Of a DNA stretch of 64,000 nucleotides, positions 52,110 to 64,000 are shown piece after piece (positions within the stretch are counted from its first letter, which is position 1; each line of letters begins with the position of its first letter). This DNA is from Octopus vulgaris (lineage: Eukaryota), in contig OX597818.1 of NCBI GenBank assembly GCA_951406725.2, positions 41,726,001 to 41,790,000 of the forward strand, read 5' to 3'. The position numbers and the translations under genes were made by a program. The notes beneath the pieces are model-generated. The model was not told the DNA's origin and searched no databases. It saw only the letters and a program-made list of their open reading frames with translations.

Positions 52110-55100
52110 TAATGTTTTGCAATGTGCCTGTCCTTCCCACTTCTACCACGTATACTGGAAGTCTCTATCCTCTGACCTCTATCAGATGTCTCCCATGAAC
52201 ACCTCCAAAGGCTTAATGTTCCCTTATCCCTGCTTAGGGTTTATCTCTTATGTAAGGTAGTGATCATGTAGCGCATAAAAATGATGGTGTAGTGTATGCA
52301 GGATGAAGGCTATTATATGTTTGTGAGTTCTGCCAAATGCGAGCTTTCTTTTCAGGTACATGACATTGCTGTCCCCCATCCCACACCCTCATGGTTGGCA
52401 CACTGAAAGGTAGGTCTGGTGAAATTGTTGAGAACAGAGACATGTAGATTTGTGCTGCATCCAAGTAGTAAGATGGAGAGGAAGTTCTGCTAAGTTCCTC
52501 ACAGGCAAAGAACATAGGTATAAGATTTTCTGGGTTTGGAACACTGACGGGGTTGGGGGCATGGGTATACTTCTTGCAGAGAAATGGGTTGATAAGGTAA
52601 TCAAGGTAGTCAGAGTCTGTGATAGAATACTTAAGATTAGATTAGTGCTGCAACATTGGTAAGCAACCATTTTCTTGGCCCCTCAGCCTGAGCTACCTGA
52701 TGAACAGATGGACCGATTTTATGACACCCTCTTACAGACTACCTCCTTGACAAATGACAGGGACATTCCCTTTGTTACTGGTGACAAACATGCAGTGGGC
52801 TTCCATGGCATACATGGAGGCTATGGCTTTGGTTCCCGCAATGAGGAAGGAACCACACTGCTGGAGTTATACGATATAAATGATCTTATTGTTTGTAATA
52901 CTACTTCAGGAAACCTGCCAGTTACCTATTTATTCACCAACCGATTTGGTGGACACACGAGTCAAATTGATTACATCTTTGCCAGGAAATGGGAAAGATA
53001 GCTAGTTATAAATGCCAAAACCTTCCCAGGTGAAGAATGCACCCCACAAGATAGATTAGTAGTTAGCGACTTCAGGATCAGGATTAAATGGATGCCCAGA
53101 AGACGACCAGCATGGAGAAGAATGGTCTGGAAGCTTAAGGATCCTGTAAATGGACAGAGATTTAGAGACGTATTACTTGAAGCTTTTGACGAAATAGAAG
53201 GGGATATAGCATATATATGATGTGGAAGACAACTGGAGGTTTCTTCGAGACAACCTGTTGAGGGCTACTGATCAGAACTGTGTATGGTGCAAAGTCCTCT
53301 GTTGACCCAAGGCAACGTGGTGGTGGAACAATGTAGTTGATAGGGCCACTAGGGAAAAGAAACAGGCATGGAAGGACAGGAAGAATGGTGGTAGCAGGGA
53401 ATTATATCAGATTGCCAGAAGGGATACTAGGTGACAGATTTACTTAGCCAGATGGGAAGCAGATAAGAGAGAGACTTGAAGACACCACTGTGAAAGGTTG
53501 CTAAATAAAGAGAATGAATGGGAGAAAGAGAGTCTGCCAAATGTCAACCCAACAGTGGGACCAGCTATTTGAATTGACAGTACCTTGGTAGATAAAGCAA
53601 TTAAGAGTATGAAGACAGGGAAAGCTCCTGGCCCATCAGGAATCCCCGCAGAGATGCTTAAAATATCTGGCGGTGTTGGCTATAGTCTAGTCAATCAGGT
53701 GAAACATGAAGGAGTCATACACAATGACTGGTGTAGCAGCACCATAGTCATCTGTTACAAAGGTAAAGGTGATGCTTTAGATACGAATAATTACAGAGGT
53801 ATCAAGTTGTTGGATCAGGTAATGAAAGTCATGGAGAGGGTCATAGCCCAGTTAATTAGAGAGAGAATCAGTTTAGATGAGATGCAGTTTGGGTTTGTGC
53901 CAGGGAAAAGCACAACTGATACTATATTTCTGGTAAGACAGCTGCAAGAGAAATACCTAATGAAAGATAAACCTCTGTACCTGGCTTTTGTTGACATGGA
54001 GAAACCCTTTGACAGGGTCCCCTGATCCCATATCTAGTGGTCAATGCAGAAACTAGGGACAGATGAATGGTTAGTGGGAATTGTACAACCCATGTAGAGG
54101 GATGCTGTCAGTAAGGTGAGGGTTGGCAACGAGTACAGAAAAGAATTCCGGGTAGAGGTCCTCCAAGGATCAATAACAAAAGAATTCAAGACAGGATGAC
54201 TCTGGGAGCTTCTCTATGCTGATGACCTTGCTCTAATAACTGAGTCACTATCAGAACTGGAGAAGTTTCAGGTGTGGAAGCAAGGTCTATTGCTCAATCA
54301 GTTGAAAAGGTGTAGGTAGAAACTCCATAAGATGTACCCAGTGTAAGCTATGGACACATAAGAGATGCAGCAATATCAAAAGAAGGCTAACTGGGAAGAT
54401 AAGTTTTTGTGTGTGACGATAAACACTGAAAATGAGCAGAAAACAACTTCTATCACATTCCAGGAAGAAAAACTACATGTAGTTGATAGCTTTCGTTACC
54501 TAGGTGACCAAGTCAGTAGTGGGGGTGCATGAGAGTGTAGCTGCTAGAATAAGAATAGTCTGGGCAAAGTTCAGAGAGCTCCTACCTCTGCTAGTGACAA
54601 AAGGCCTCTCACTCAGAGTAAAAGGTAGACTGTATGACGTATGTGTGTGAACAGCTATGCTACATGGCAGTGAAACATTGGCTGTGACTGCTGAGGACAT
54701 GCGTAACCTTGCAAAGAATGAAGCTGGTATGCTCCACTGCATGTGTAATGTCAGTGTGAATACACAACAGAGTGTAAGCGCCCTGAGAGAAAAGTTGGAC
54801 ATAAGAAGCATCAGATGTGTGTAAGAGAGAGACGACTGCACTGGTATGGTCATGTGTTGTGTATGGATGAGGATGCTGTGTGAAAAAGTGTCACACCCTT
54901 GCAGTAGAGGGAACCAATGGAAGAGGTAGATCCAGAAAGACCTGGAATGAGGTGGTGAAGCATAACCTTCAAACATTGGGCCTCATCGAAGTGATGACAA
55001 GTGACAGAGACCTTTGGAGACATGCTGTGCTTGAGAAGACCCAGCAAGCCAAGTCAGACCATAACTGTGGCCTGTGCCAGTGCAGAATAACTGGCCTATT

Positions 55101-55420
55101 TAAGAGTACCCTTCAATCATTGGGCAATAAACTGCACTTGTGAAGACCTGTAGAGGTAAGTGAAGTTGTTGTCATTGTCGATGACAGTACTGCCTGATTG
55201 GCACCCATGCCAATAGCACATAAAAAGCACCATTCAAGTGTGGTTGATGCCAATGCTGGTGGCATGTAAAAAGCACCATTCAAGCATGGTCAATGCTAGT
55301 ACCGCCTGACTGGGCATCCAATTGTAGAAACTTTGCCAGCCCTCAACCAAACCGTCCAACCCATCCCAGCATGGAAAGTGGACGTTAAGCGATGACAGTG
55401 ATGATAATGATGATGATGGT
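52110..55420 (+). mobile_element. Near full-length degenerate RTE-clade LINE (APE endonuclease + RT), antisense in an RRP7A intron
   Basis: APE motifs DLCCIQ..W, RNEEG, SQIDY; RT motifs KAPGPSGI, NYRGIKLL, QFGF.PGKST, FVDMEK.FDRVP, LYADDL; 3'UTR with (GAT)n tail. The 5' boundary is approximate. Confidence 0.92.
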
Positions 55421-56163
55421 GTCTCCAAAATAGGATATTTCAGACAAATACATACATTCCCAAAATTTTAAAAATAAGATATTAAGAAATGTATAAATGA
55501 AGTTTGGAGGAAAGGTTCAGATCATTAGAAGTGTAGGTCTGTATCCAGACATACACAATACCATGTGTTTAAAAAATGCAACATACCTATATTAATATAT
55601 CCAGTATTTATCTAACCCAACATTAATCCAAATCCATTAGATATATTAAACAAGCACAAAAATGGCTGAGTAGTTAAGAAGCTTGCTTTGAAGCTTCGTG
55701 ATTTCAGGTTCAATCTCACAGCACAGCACTTAAAGCAAGTGTCTTCTACTATAGCTCTGAACTAACCAAAGCCTCTTTAGTGAATTTACTAGTTGGAAAC
55801 TATGGATGCCCATTTTATATCTATATCTGTATGTGTGTATACATGTGTGTGTGTGTGTGTGTGTGCATGTGTGCCTTTGTGTATGTTCCCACCATTTCCT
55901 TCTTGACAACTGGTTGTGGTTTGTTTAAATCCCTATAACTTGGCAGTTCAGCAAAAGAGATCAACCCAAGTACCAGATTTTACAAAACAATTAGTACAGG
56001 GTTTGATTTGTTTGACTATACCCTTCAAGGCCATACCCCAGCACAGCTACATTCCAATGGTTGAAACAAGTAAAAGACAAAAGATAAAGAGTTTAATAAG
56101 ATCATACACCATAAATTGTTGTTTTATGCTGTTCTAGGACTGTGACATACATTTGCTATAGTG

Positions 56164-56461
56164 CATGGGTCAGGGAACGTTTTTTTAACCAATTACCCCA
56201 AATATATTTATGCTGATGTTACTCCCTTGATTTGAAAGGAAGGAGATCATAGATTCTTTGAATTCCGAAGGTTTATTGAATCTATTTACATGTCCATTAC
56301 GTTGGATAAATGCAGGTTTGTCAGAAGAAAAATTTCTGACGTAAGAAGGAACACATTTTTTCTTTAATATAATTTTTCTTATGTCTAATGAGTCCTCATT
56401 ACACGCCAAAATTTTATTTTTACCCCATGTGGGGTAATTTATTCTGGTTCACCGACCCCTG
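56164..56461. mobile_element. hAT (Charlie-like) non-autonomous element
   Basis: TIRs catgggtcagggaacg vs caggggtcggtgaacc (12/16); 8-bp TSD ctatagtg / ctgtagta. Confidence 0.6.
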
Positions 56462-56464
56462 CTG

Positions 56465-56705
56465 TAGTACTTTACTTGTACTTGTGATGGCATTCACCCA
56501 GGGCAGGTTGAGCCAGCTTCTTTTCTGGTCCTAATGGCATCACGAACTATAGCGGCCCACGCTCGATGGTTCCGTGTGAGGTCACTGGAGATAGCGAGCC
56601 ATTCGCGATTTCATCTGTGCAGACCAACCACCTGTGGACCTGAGAGTTCGGAGAGGTCCTCCTTTGTCGTCGTTGCCCAGGCCTTCAGCTGTAGTGGCTT
56701 ACTCT
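56465..56705 (-). mobile_element. 3' end of a second RTE-clade family
   Basis: LKAWATTTKEDLSELSGPQVVG..NHRAWAAIVRDA..AGSTCPG* followed by a (CAAGTA)n-like tail. Confidence 0.8.
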
Positions 56706-56942
56706 GTGGGGTTAAATGAGATAAACAATGCAAATTTCATCTATTTTGTAATTCAGTTTACTATAAGATGACTGAAGATTCAAATGGTGGTTGAGCAGTT
56801 ACAATCAAACTTCTTAACAACACATCCACAAAGTCACTATAACAAATTAAACAATTTTAAAAATTTCTGATTAATTTGGTTATGATGAACAAATATTTCA
56901 TAGAAATTCAGAAAGTAAATCAATAAAGAAAGCAAAGCATAC

Positions 56943-57072
56943 TTTTAACTCCAGTGTTCTGTGTAAGGTACTCCTTTTCTTTTATTAAGATTCCCACATT
57001 ATTTTTAAATATCTTCATAGCTTTTGTTACACCGTTTTCATTTTTGAAGACAACATATGCCACTTTGTAACA
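56943..57072 (-). CDS. RRP7A: RRP7A ortholog, internal exon (end of RRM-like domain)
   Basis: Acceptor tttcttcag|TGT, donor A|gtatgc; 130 nt; CYKVAYVVFKNENGVTKAMKIF...QNTGVK resembles the RRP7 'FKVAYVVF' motif; phase 1 joins the next exon (A+AG=K). Confidence 0.9.
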
Positions 57073-57580
57073 CTGAAGAAAGTAAACAAATAAATAGATA
57101 AAACAAACTGATAAAATGTATATTTTTAACATAATTATAAAAAATTAGTCATGAAAAACAACAATATACAAATCGACTGAGATGAGACATACAACAGTGG
57201 GGTAGTGGCCTACCTAGGAACTTTTTGGATTCAGAAGTACTCGCACTATCAAAGACAAGTACCTCTGCAAGTTACATTCTTTAGTCTACAAGTACAACTA
57301 TTCTAGTGAAATAATATGACAATTGTGCTTAAAGTGAAGTAGCATAATCGCTATCATTGATATACAATATCATTACATGGCACTTGAGTGAAATTTTCTG
57401 TTGCAAGGACATGATCTGAAGATAACATAGGCTCTTGAGGTGCAAACATATATGCAGGCATGGATATAGCCATTTGGCTTCAGTTTTACTGCACGACACT
57501 TAGGACAAGTGGCTTCTACTATAGCCCTGAGCTGACCAATGCCTTGAAGAGACTTGGTAGACTGGAACTGAAAGAAGCCC

Positions 57581-60312
57581 ACTGGAGGTTTCTACAAGAT
57601 AACCTGCTGAGGGCTACTGACCAGATCTGTGGATGGTGCAAAGGCCCCTCTTGACCCAAGGTAACATGGTGGTGGAACATTAGTGAAAAGAAACAGGCTT
57701 GGAAAGACTGGAAGAACGATGGTATCAGACTGCCAGAAGGGAAGCTAGGAGACAGGTTTATTTAGGCAGAGAGGTAGCAGATAAGAAAAAATTTGCCAAT
57801 TTTCTGTGTCGTGAGGACCAAAGACTTGAGGTATTTCATGTTGCAAGACAGTGTCTGAGAGAGAATTGTGATGTCGTAGGAGGGAAATGTGTCCACATGG
57901 ATGATGGCTCACTTGCATTTAATGAGGTTGCAAGGAGAGAGACTTGGAGATGCCACTATGAAAGGTTGCTAAATGAAGAGAATGAATGGGAGAAAGAGAA
58001 TCTGTCGAATGCGGACCCAACAGAGGGACCAGCGATTTGAATTGACATTACTGTGTGTGGTAAAGCAATTAAAGGTATGAAGACAGGGAAAGCCCCCAGC
58101 CCATCAGGAATCATCGCAGAGATGCTCAAAATATCTGGCAGTGTCAAGTATAGTCTAGTCACCCATATAGTTAACCAGGTGATACATGAAGGAGTCATAC
58201 CCAATGATTGCTGTAGCAGCACCATAGTCAACTACTACAAAGGTAAAGGTGACGCTTTAGATACAAATAATTACAGAGGTGATACAGTTCTATATTTAAG
58301 AGATGAGGAATTATGTACATTATTAACAATTGATGGATATTTGTCCTCACCTTGTTTGTTGTTAACACAACATTTCGGCTGATATACCCTCCAGCCTTCA
58401 TGAGGTGTCTTGGGGAAATTTCAAACCTGGGTTCTCATTCCTAAGGTATTTTTCGATGTTGTTGTTGTTATTATTATTATTCAGGTCACTGCCTGGAATC
58501 AAACTTGGAATCTTGTGGTTAGTAGCCTGCACTCTTAACCACAAGCATACGGCGTAATGGTTAAGAGCGCGGGCTACTAACCCCAAGATTCCGAGTTTGA
58601 TTTCAGGCAGTGACCTGAATAATAATATTAACATAAAAAAATACCTTAGGAATGAGAATCCAGGTTCCAAATTTCCCCAAGACACCTAGTGAAGGCTGGA
58701 GGGTATATCAGCCGAAACGTTGTGTTAACAAACAAGAGGAGGACAAATATCTGTCAATTATAAATAATTACAGAAGTATCAAGTTGTTGGATCAGGTAAT
58801 GAAGATCATGGAGAGGGTTATAGCCCAACTAATTAAGGAGAGAGTCAGTCTAAATGAGATGCAGTTTGCGTTCATGCCAAGGAAAAGCACCGCTAATGCT
58901 ATATTTCTGGTGAGATAGCTGCAAGAGAAATACCTAATGAAAAATAAACCTCTGTACCTGGCTTTTGTTGACATGGAGAAAGCCTTTGACAGGGTCCCCA
59001 GATTCCTTGTCTGGTGGTCAATGAGGGAACTTGGGATAGATGAATAGTTAGTGAGAGCTGTCAGTAAGGTGAGAGTTGGCAACGAGTACAGCGAAGAATT
59101 CTGTGTAGGGGTAGGGGTCCACCAAGGATCAGTCAACAGCCCCCTCTTATTCATCAGGCAATAGCAGAGGAATTCAAGACAGGATGCCCCTGGGAGCTCT
59201 TCTATGCTGATGACCTTGCTCTAATTACTGAGTCACTATCAGAACTAGAGGAAAAGTTTCAGGTGTGGAAGTAAGGGTTAGAATTGAAGGGCCTTAGAGT
59301 CAACCTAGCTTCTGTTACCTAGGTGACTAAGTCAGTAGTGGAGGTGGATGCTCTGAAAGTGTAGCTGCTAGAATAAGAATAGCCTGGGCAAAGTGCAAAG
59401 AGCTCCTATCTCTGCTGGTGACAAAGGACCTCTCGCTCAGAGTAAAAGGTAGACTGCATGACACGTGTACAAACAGCCATGCTACATGGCAGTGAAACAT
59501 GGGCCATGACTTCTGAGGACATGCATAAGCTTGTAAGGAATGAAGCCAGTGTGCACCGCTGGAGGTGTAATGTCAGTGTGCATACACAACAGTGTAAGCG
59601 CCCTGAGAGAAAAGTTGGATTTAAGAAGCATCAGATGTGGTGTGCAAGAGAGATGACTGTGCTGGTATGGTCATGTGTTGTGAATGAATGAAGACAGCTG
59701 TGTGAAAAAGTGTCACATCCTAGCAGTTGAGGGAACCTGTGGAAGAAGTAGATCCAGGAAGACCTGGAATGAGGTGGTGAAGCACGACCTTAGAACACTG
59801 GGCCTTACTGAGGCAATAACTAGTGACCGAGACCTTTGGAGATATGCTGTGCTTGAGAAGACCTGACAAGCCAAATGAGACCATAACCCATGGCCTATGC
59901 CAGTGGGTGTAACCACTCCACTTATGAATACCCCTAATTCATTGGACAATAAGCTTTGCTTGCGAAGACCTGTTGAGGCAAGTGATATCAAAATCGCTGA
60001 CGTGGTTGATGACAGTACCACCTGATTGGTACTCGTAGCAGTAGAACGTTAAAAGCACTATCTGAGCGTGATTGTTGCCAGGGCCGCTGATTGGCTCCTA
60101 TGGTAATTTTGTTGCCAGAACCGCTTGACTGGCCCTCATGCAGGTGGCACGTAAAGGCACCCACTACACTCTCAGAGTGGTTGGCATCCAGCTGTAGAAA
60201 CTTTGCCAGAGCAGATTGGAGCCTGTTGCAGCCTTCTGGCTCGCCAGTGCTCAGTCAAACCATCCAACCCATGCCAGCATGGAAAATGGACATTAAACGA
60301 CAATGATGATGA
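57581..60312 (+). mobile_element. 5'-truncated RTE LINE (same family as 52110-55420), inserted in a SINE and itself interrupted at 58281-58761
   Basis: Colinear with the 53230-55420 copy (NYR..KLLDQV, FYADDL, GRSRSRKTW); SINE head at 57455-57580 and SINE tail at ~60335-60585 flank it. Confidence 0.9.
58281..58761. mobile_element. Head-to-head palindromic tRNA-SINE dimer with hammerhead motifs (candidate Penelope-dependent retrozyme)
   Basis: About 220-bp inverted arms centred near 58548; tRNA-like head 58547-58613; hammerhead-like motifs at 58681-58726 (+) and 58364-58409 (-); 16-bp TSD aaataattacaga(g/a)gt at 58265-58280 / 58762-58777; empty site seen in the paralogous RTE at ~53785. Confidence 0.85.
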
Positions 60313-60782
60313 TACACATATATACGCGTATATATACTCTTGTCTTGACATCATGTGAGGGTTTTAAACAAGCATCACTATCATATAGGCATTGTCGCTT
60401 ATTTCCAGTATTCCATGAAAAGCATGTCTGGCCAGGGGGTCAGAAAAACGTCTTGCATGAAAACAGTTGAATGTCGGTGGTAGGAAGAGCATCAAGCCAC
60501 AGAAAATCTGCCTTAATGAACTTTAGCCTCACCCATGCAAGCATGAGAAAATGTACATTAAAAAATAATGACGATGAAGATGATGTGTGCATTTATGCAT
60601 GTCTGTGACCTGGGTGTTAGTTTACATTTGTACTCTGAGTATTTATGAATTAAAAGTGGTAACAAATTCCCTGCTGGACTTGCAATTTTTGAGATGTGTA
60701 AAATAAAGAGATCTCTTACTTGGAAAACAGGTAAGGATTAGAGACAGGAAGGGTATTTTGTTGTCAAAATAATGCCGCAACA

Positions 60783-60853
60783 ATACATTTAGTTTAACCC
60801 ATACATTTAGTTTAACTAATACATTTAGTTTAACCAATACATTTAGTTTAACT
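60783..60853. repeat. 18-bp tandem repeat x4
   Basis: atacatttagtttaac(cc/ta/ca) repeated four times. Confidence 0.9.
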
Positions 60854-61237
60854 ACAGTTTGCACTGGTTTGCTACTTGTTGAATGATGGAGGCATTAAGT
60901 ACCCTGACTAATGTCATTTTGGGAGCTATGAAGACATTTCAGAAATACCACACATGGTTTCTATAATTCCATGATGATCATTCAATAGCATTTCTTAAGA
61001 TTTGTTGATGACTGACCCACAAATTCTTTTTAAAATTTTGATGACACTAGTTTACAACTATCATGCAAAGTTAAGGCAAGATGACAGGAGACAGTAACAC
61101 ACACACACACATGCATATATGATGGGCTTCTTTCAGTTTTTGCCTGCCAAATCCACCTCGAAGAACTTTTTAGTTAAGTGAATCAACCCCAGTACTTATT
61201 TTATATATAGATATACACACACATATGTACATACATA

Positions 61238-62067
61238 AAGGGTGTGATGGATAAATTGTCACTATTTTATATTTTAAATTTCGTGCATGCATATTGCTTG
61301 TTCTGTTGACTACAAAGTATAGTAGGGTCAGTTGGGCACCATCTGTGAGAAAAACAGCACTATGATGTAATTCACTCTGCCAGAAATTTGGTAATGACAT
61401 GCTGTACTGCTTGGCATTCACATGGAAAGCTACAATACAAACATTTCAGCGTGTTTGGGTGTCAATCTGAGGACAGTGCAATCTGAAGAGTGTACCAAGA
61501 GTGATAAGAATCAAACATCCAGTCAACATCATGTAATAGTAATGGCGACATTATGCTGCCATTCATCTTCCATCAAGTGCCTGGAGGAGGTTGTGCTGCC
61601 CTAGGTCAAGAGGGTAGCTGCTGGAAAACCCTATGTCTGGCAACAGGAGTCTGCACAATGCCACACAAGCAAGAGAACCCAGTCATGGCTGTCAGACAAT
61701 TTCTGCAACCACATCACCCCTAACATCTGGCCACCTAACTCCCCAGACTGCAACATCCTGGTTATTATGTGCGGTGTGCAGTTGGGTGAGAGACCAACAA
61801 AACTCCTTCTAACACCAAAGATGAACTGAAGGCAAGGATTATGGCAGCATTCACCAACTTAAACAAGACCATCCAGAAGAGTTGCAGGAGATTCTGAAGT
61901 TGTCTGGAGGCTGTGGTTGAAGCCAATGGTGATTTTATTGAATAAATTTACCCTTTAGTATTTCAAGATATTTTTATGTAAATTTGGTAAATACATCTGT
62001 TAAAATGAGATGGCAGAGTTACTTTCATTTTTGTATATTTAGACGACAGTTTATTCACTGCACCCTG
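61238..62067 (+). mobile_element. DD37D (maT-type) Tc1/mariner deletion derivative
   Basis: TA flanks; TIRs (a/c)agggtg..g(g/a)ataaa(t/c)tgtc; YVWQQESAQCHTS..WL..WPPNSPDCN with 37 residues between the last two catalytic positions. Confidence 0.75.
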
Positions 62068-63518
62068 TATATATATATATACACACACAACGGGCTTCAG
62101 TTTCTGCCTACTACCAAATCCATAAATTGGTTGGCCTGAGGGTATAGTAGAAGACACTTGCCTAAGGTGCATATGGACTGAACCTAGAACCCCGTGGTTG
62201 GGGAGCAAACTTCTTACCACACAGCTACACCTGTTCCTATGATGTAGAATTTTATTAATGATGGCAGTCCAAATACATACTATCACTTTCTCTGGCTGTG
62301 TTAAGAAAATTATTGTGTGACCTCGTAGTTTCCACTGCCCAGACACAGCTAGCTGATGTTTTCTACTACAGATACAGGTTGAGAGTGAAAATTTGGTAGA
62401 TGGAAACCATAAGTCCATTGTATATATACCAGGTCATTCTTGGTCCTACTGGTAATATGTGACCCAATACAACCTGTTGCATGGTTCCTCCTTAGATAGG
62501 AATAAGGTGTATGGGTTTTGTGCTACTAAGCATTGACTGCAATTCATAAATGTTTGCAAAGAGAAGAACTGTCCAATAGATTTGACAAGATTCTTCTTTT
62601 GTTTCACAGCCTCATTTGTAGAAGGAAGAATAGGAGACCACACTCACAAATTGCTACTAATCACTGACATCTACTTATGTAATCTTTTCTCTCCAAGGTT
62701 TGTGTTTGGTGCATCAGCAGGAAAAGGATTACATGAAGCCTCCACAAGATCACTGACTTCTAGCAGAGCTACCCAGCTACTTACAGGGCCTGATGTGTAC
62801 ATGTGTGCGTTAGTAACAAACTAAAGTGTAATCGTTACTTTAGCATCCACTTTTCCATGCTTGCATGGGTTGGCAGATTTTTCTATGGCTGGATGCTCTT
62901 CCTGCCACTAACCCTCACCTGTTTTCAAGTAAGATAACATTTCCTCATGACCAAACATGCTTTCACAGGAGATTGAAAACAAAGGTCACTGCTTACATTA
63001 TGGTGACACTAGTTTACAATTATGCAAAGTTAAGGCAGGAAGACAGAAGACAGTAACACACACATGGATATATGATGGGCTTCTTTCAGTTCTGCTTGCC
63101 AGATCCACTCAGAAGGCTATGGTCAACCCTGGCTATAGTAGAAGACACTTGCCCAAGGTCCTACACAGCAGGACTGAACCCTGGGACCATGTGGTTGGGA
63201 AGCAAGCTTTTTACCACATAGCCATGCCTGTGGGTATTTAAGAGTGTGTGATCAAAACCGCATTGGTGGATGAATAATTTTTACAATAGTAGAGTGCTGT
63301 TAATATGATACTAATGCTTTTATATGAATAAATTTGCTGAGCAGTCAGTATTATTTGAACAATGACTGAATAATTGTGAATGAATTTGCATGAAACCATT
63401 AGTATCATTAAAAGTACTCTACTAATACACACATACACACACACATTAATGTTTGTTTTTAAGTTAATAAAAGCAATTTTACATTAAGCTGAAGGATAAC
63501 CCAACACATTTGGTAGTC

Positions 63519-63870
63519 CATCATCATCATCGTTTAACGTCCGCTTTCCATGCTAGCGTGGGTTGGACGATTTTGACTGAGGGCTGGCGAGCCAGATGGC
63601 TGGCTGCACCAGGCTCCAATCTTGATCTGGTAGAGTTTCTACAGCTGGATGCCCTTCCTAATGCCAACCACTCCGAGAGTGTAGTGGGTGCTTTTTACGT
63701 GCCACTGGCAATGACCTTGCTCGAATCCTTTTACACATGTCACCAGCACAGGTGCCAGTAAGGCGACGTTGGTAACGATCACGCTCGAATGGTACCCTTT
63801 AACGTGCCACTGACACAGAAGCCAGTTGGCTGCTCTGGCAACGGTCATGCTTGGATGGTGCTCTTGGCAC
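63519..63870 (-). mobile_element. Isolated RTE 3'UTR copy (representative of many)
   Basis: Same sequence as the 3'UTR of the long RTE copies, with (GAT)n tail; other copies at ~1895-2056, 6640-7015, 20430-21111, 49207-49341 (+) and 17748-18064, 29700-29960, 37510-37805, 51488-51750 (-). Confidence 0.85.
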
Positions 63871-64000
63871 CCTGTACAAATTTATTATTCTTCAACAAGT
63901 ATAGTACTGACAGTGACTTCTAAGTTTCAGCTACTAAGCCATCATCAGACTGTGGTACATTTCAGTTCATCTGGGATTTATGTAGTCTCATTTAAGTTAA

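Noticed and set aside
56185-56409. 74-aa minus-strand ORF in an RRP7A intron as an alternative exon
   Set aside because: It lies inside a hAT-like MITE, and the flanking exons already join in frame.
58547-58613. Functional tRNA-Ser(ACT) gene
   Set aside because: No proper acceptor stem, mismatched arms, and it sits inside a TSD-flanked insertion; treated as a SINE head.
62446-62824. Candidate upstream RRP7A exon or other coding exon
   Set aside because: No frame resembles the RRP7 N-terminal region and I found no convincing splice-site pair.

Overview
AT-rich, repeat-saturated animal genomic DNA. The SINE/RTE/microsatellite landscape looks like an octopus (coleoid cephalopod) genome, but that is inference. 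The only host gene I can support is the 3' part of an RRP7A ortholog on the minus strand: five GT-AG exons at 57072-56943, 51342-51245, 49756-49613, 45826-45778 and 43979-43894 that join in frame. Its upstream exons were not found and probably lie beyond the window. The rest is transposon debris: RTE, R4/Dong, CR1 and Penelope retroelements, a Gypsy LTR with PBS, mariner, maT, pogo, hAT, piggyBac and Helentron-like DNA elements, several tRNA-derived SINE families and many microsatellites. Most ORFs in the supplied track are microsatellite or antisense-TE artefacts. The most interesting signal is a set of 3-4 unrelated short non-coding insertions carrying minimal type-I hammerhead-ribozyme motifs. 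Two are foldback (inverted-duplicate) insertions with 14-16 bp TSDs that both begin AAATAATT. One of these (58281-58761) is a head-to-head dimer of a tRNA-headed SINE carrying a hammerhead, a candidate Pol III-driven, Penelope-mobilised retrozyme/SINE system. Every hammerhead copy here carries core mutations, so activity is inferred for the family consensus only.
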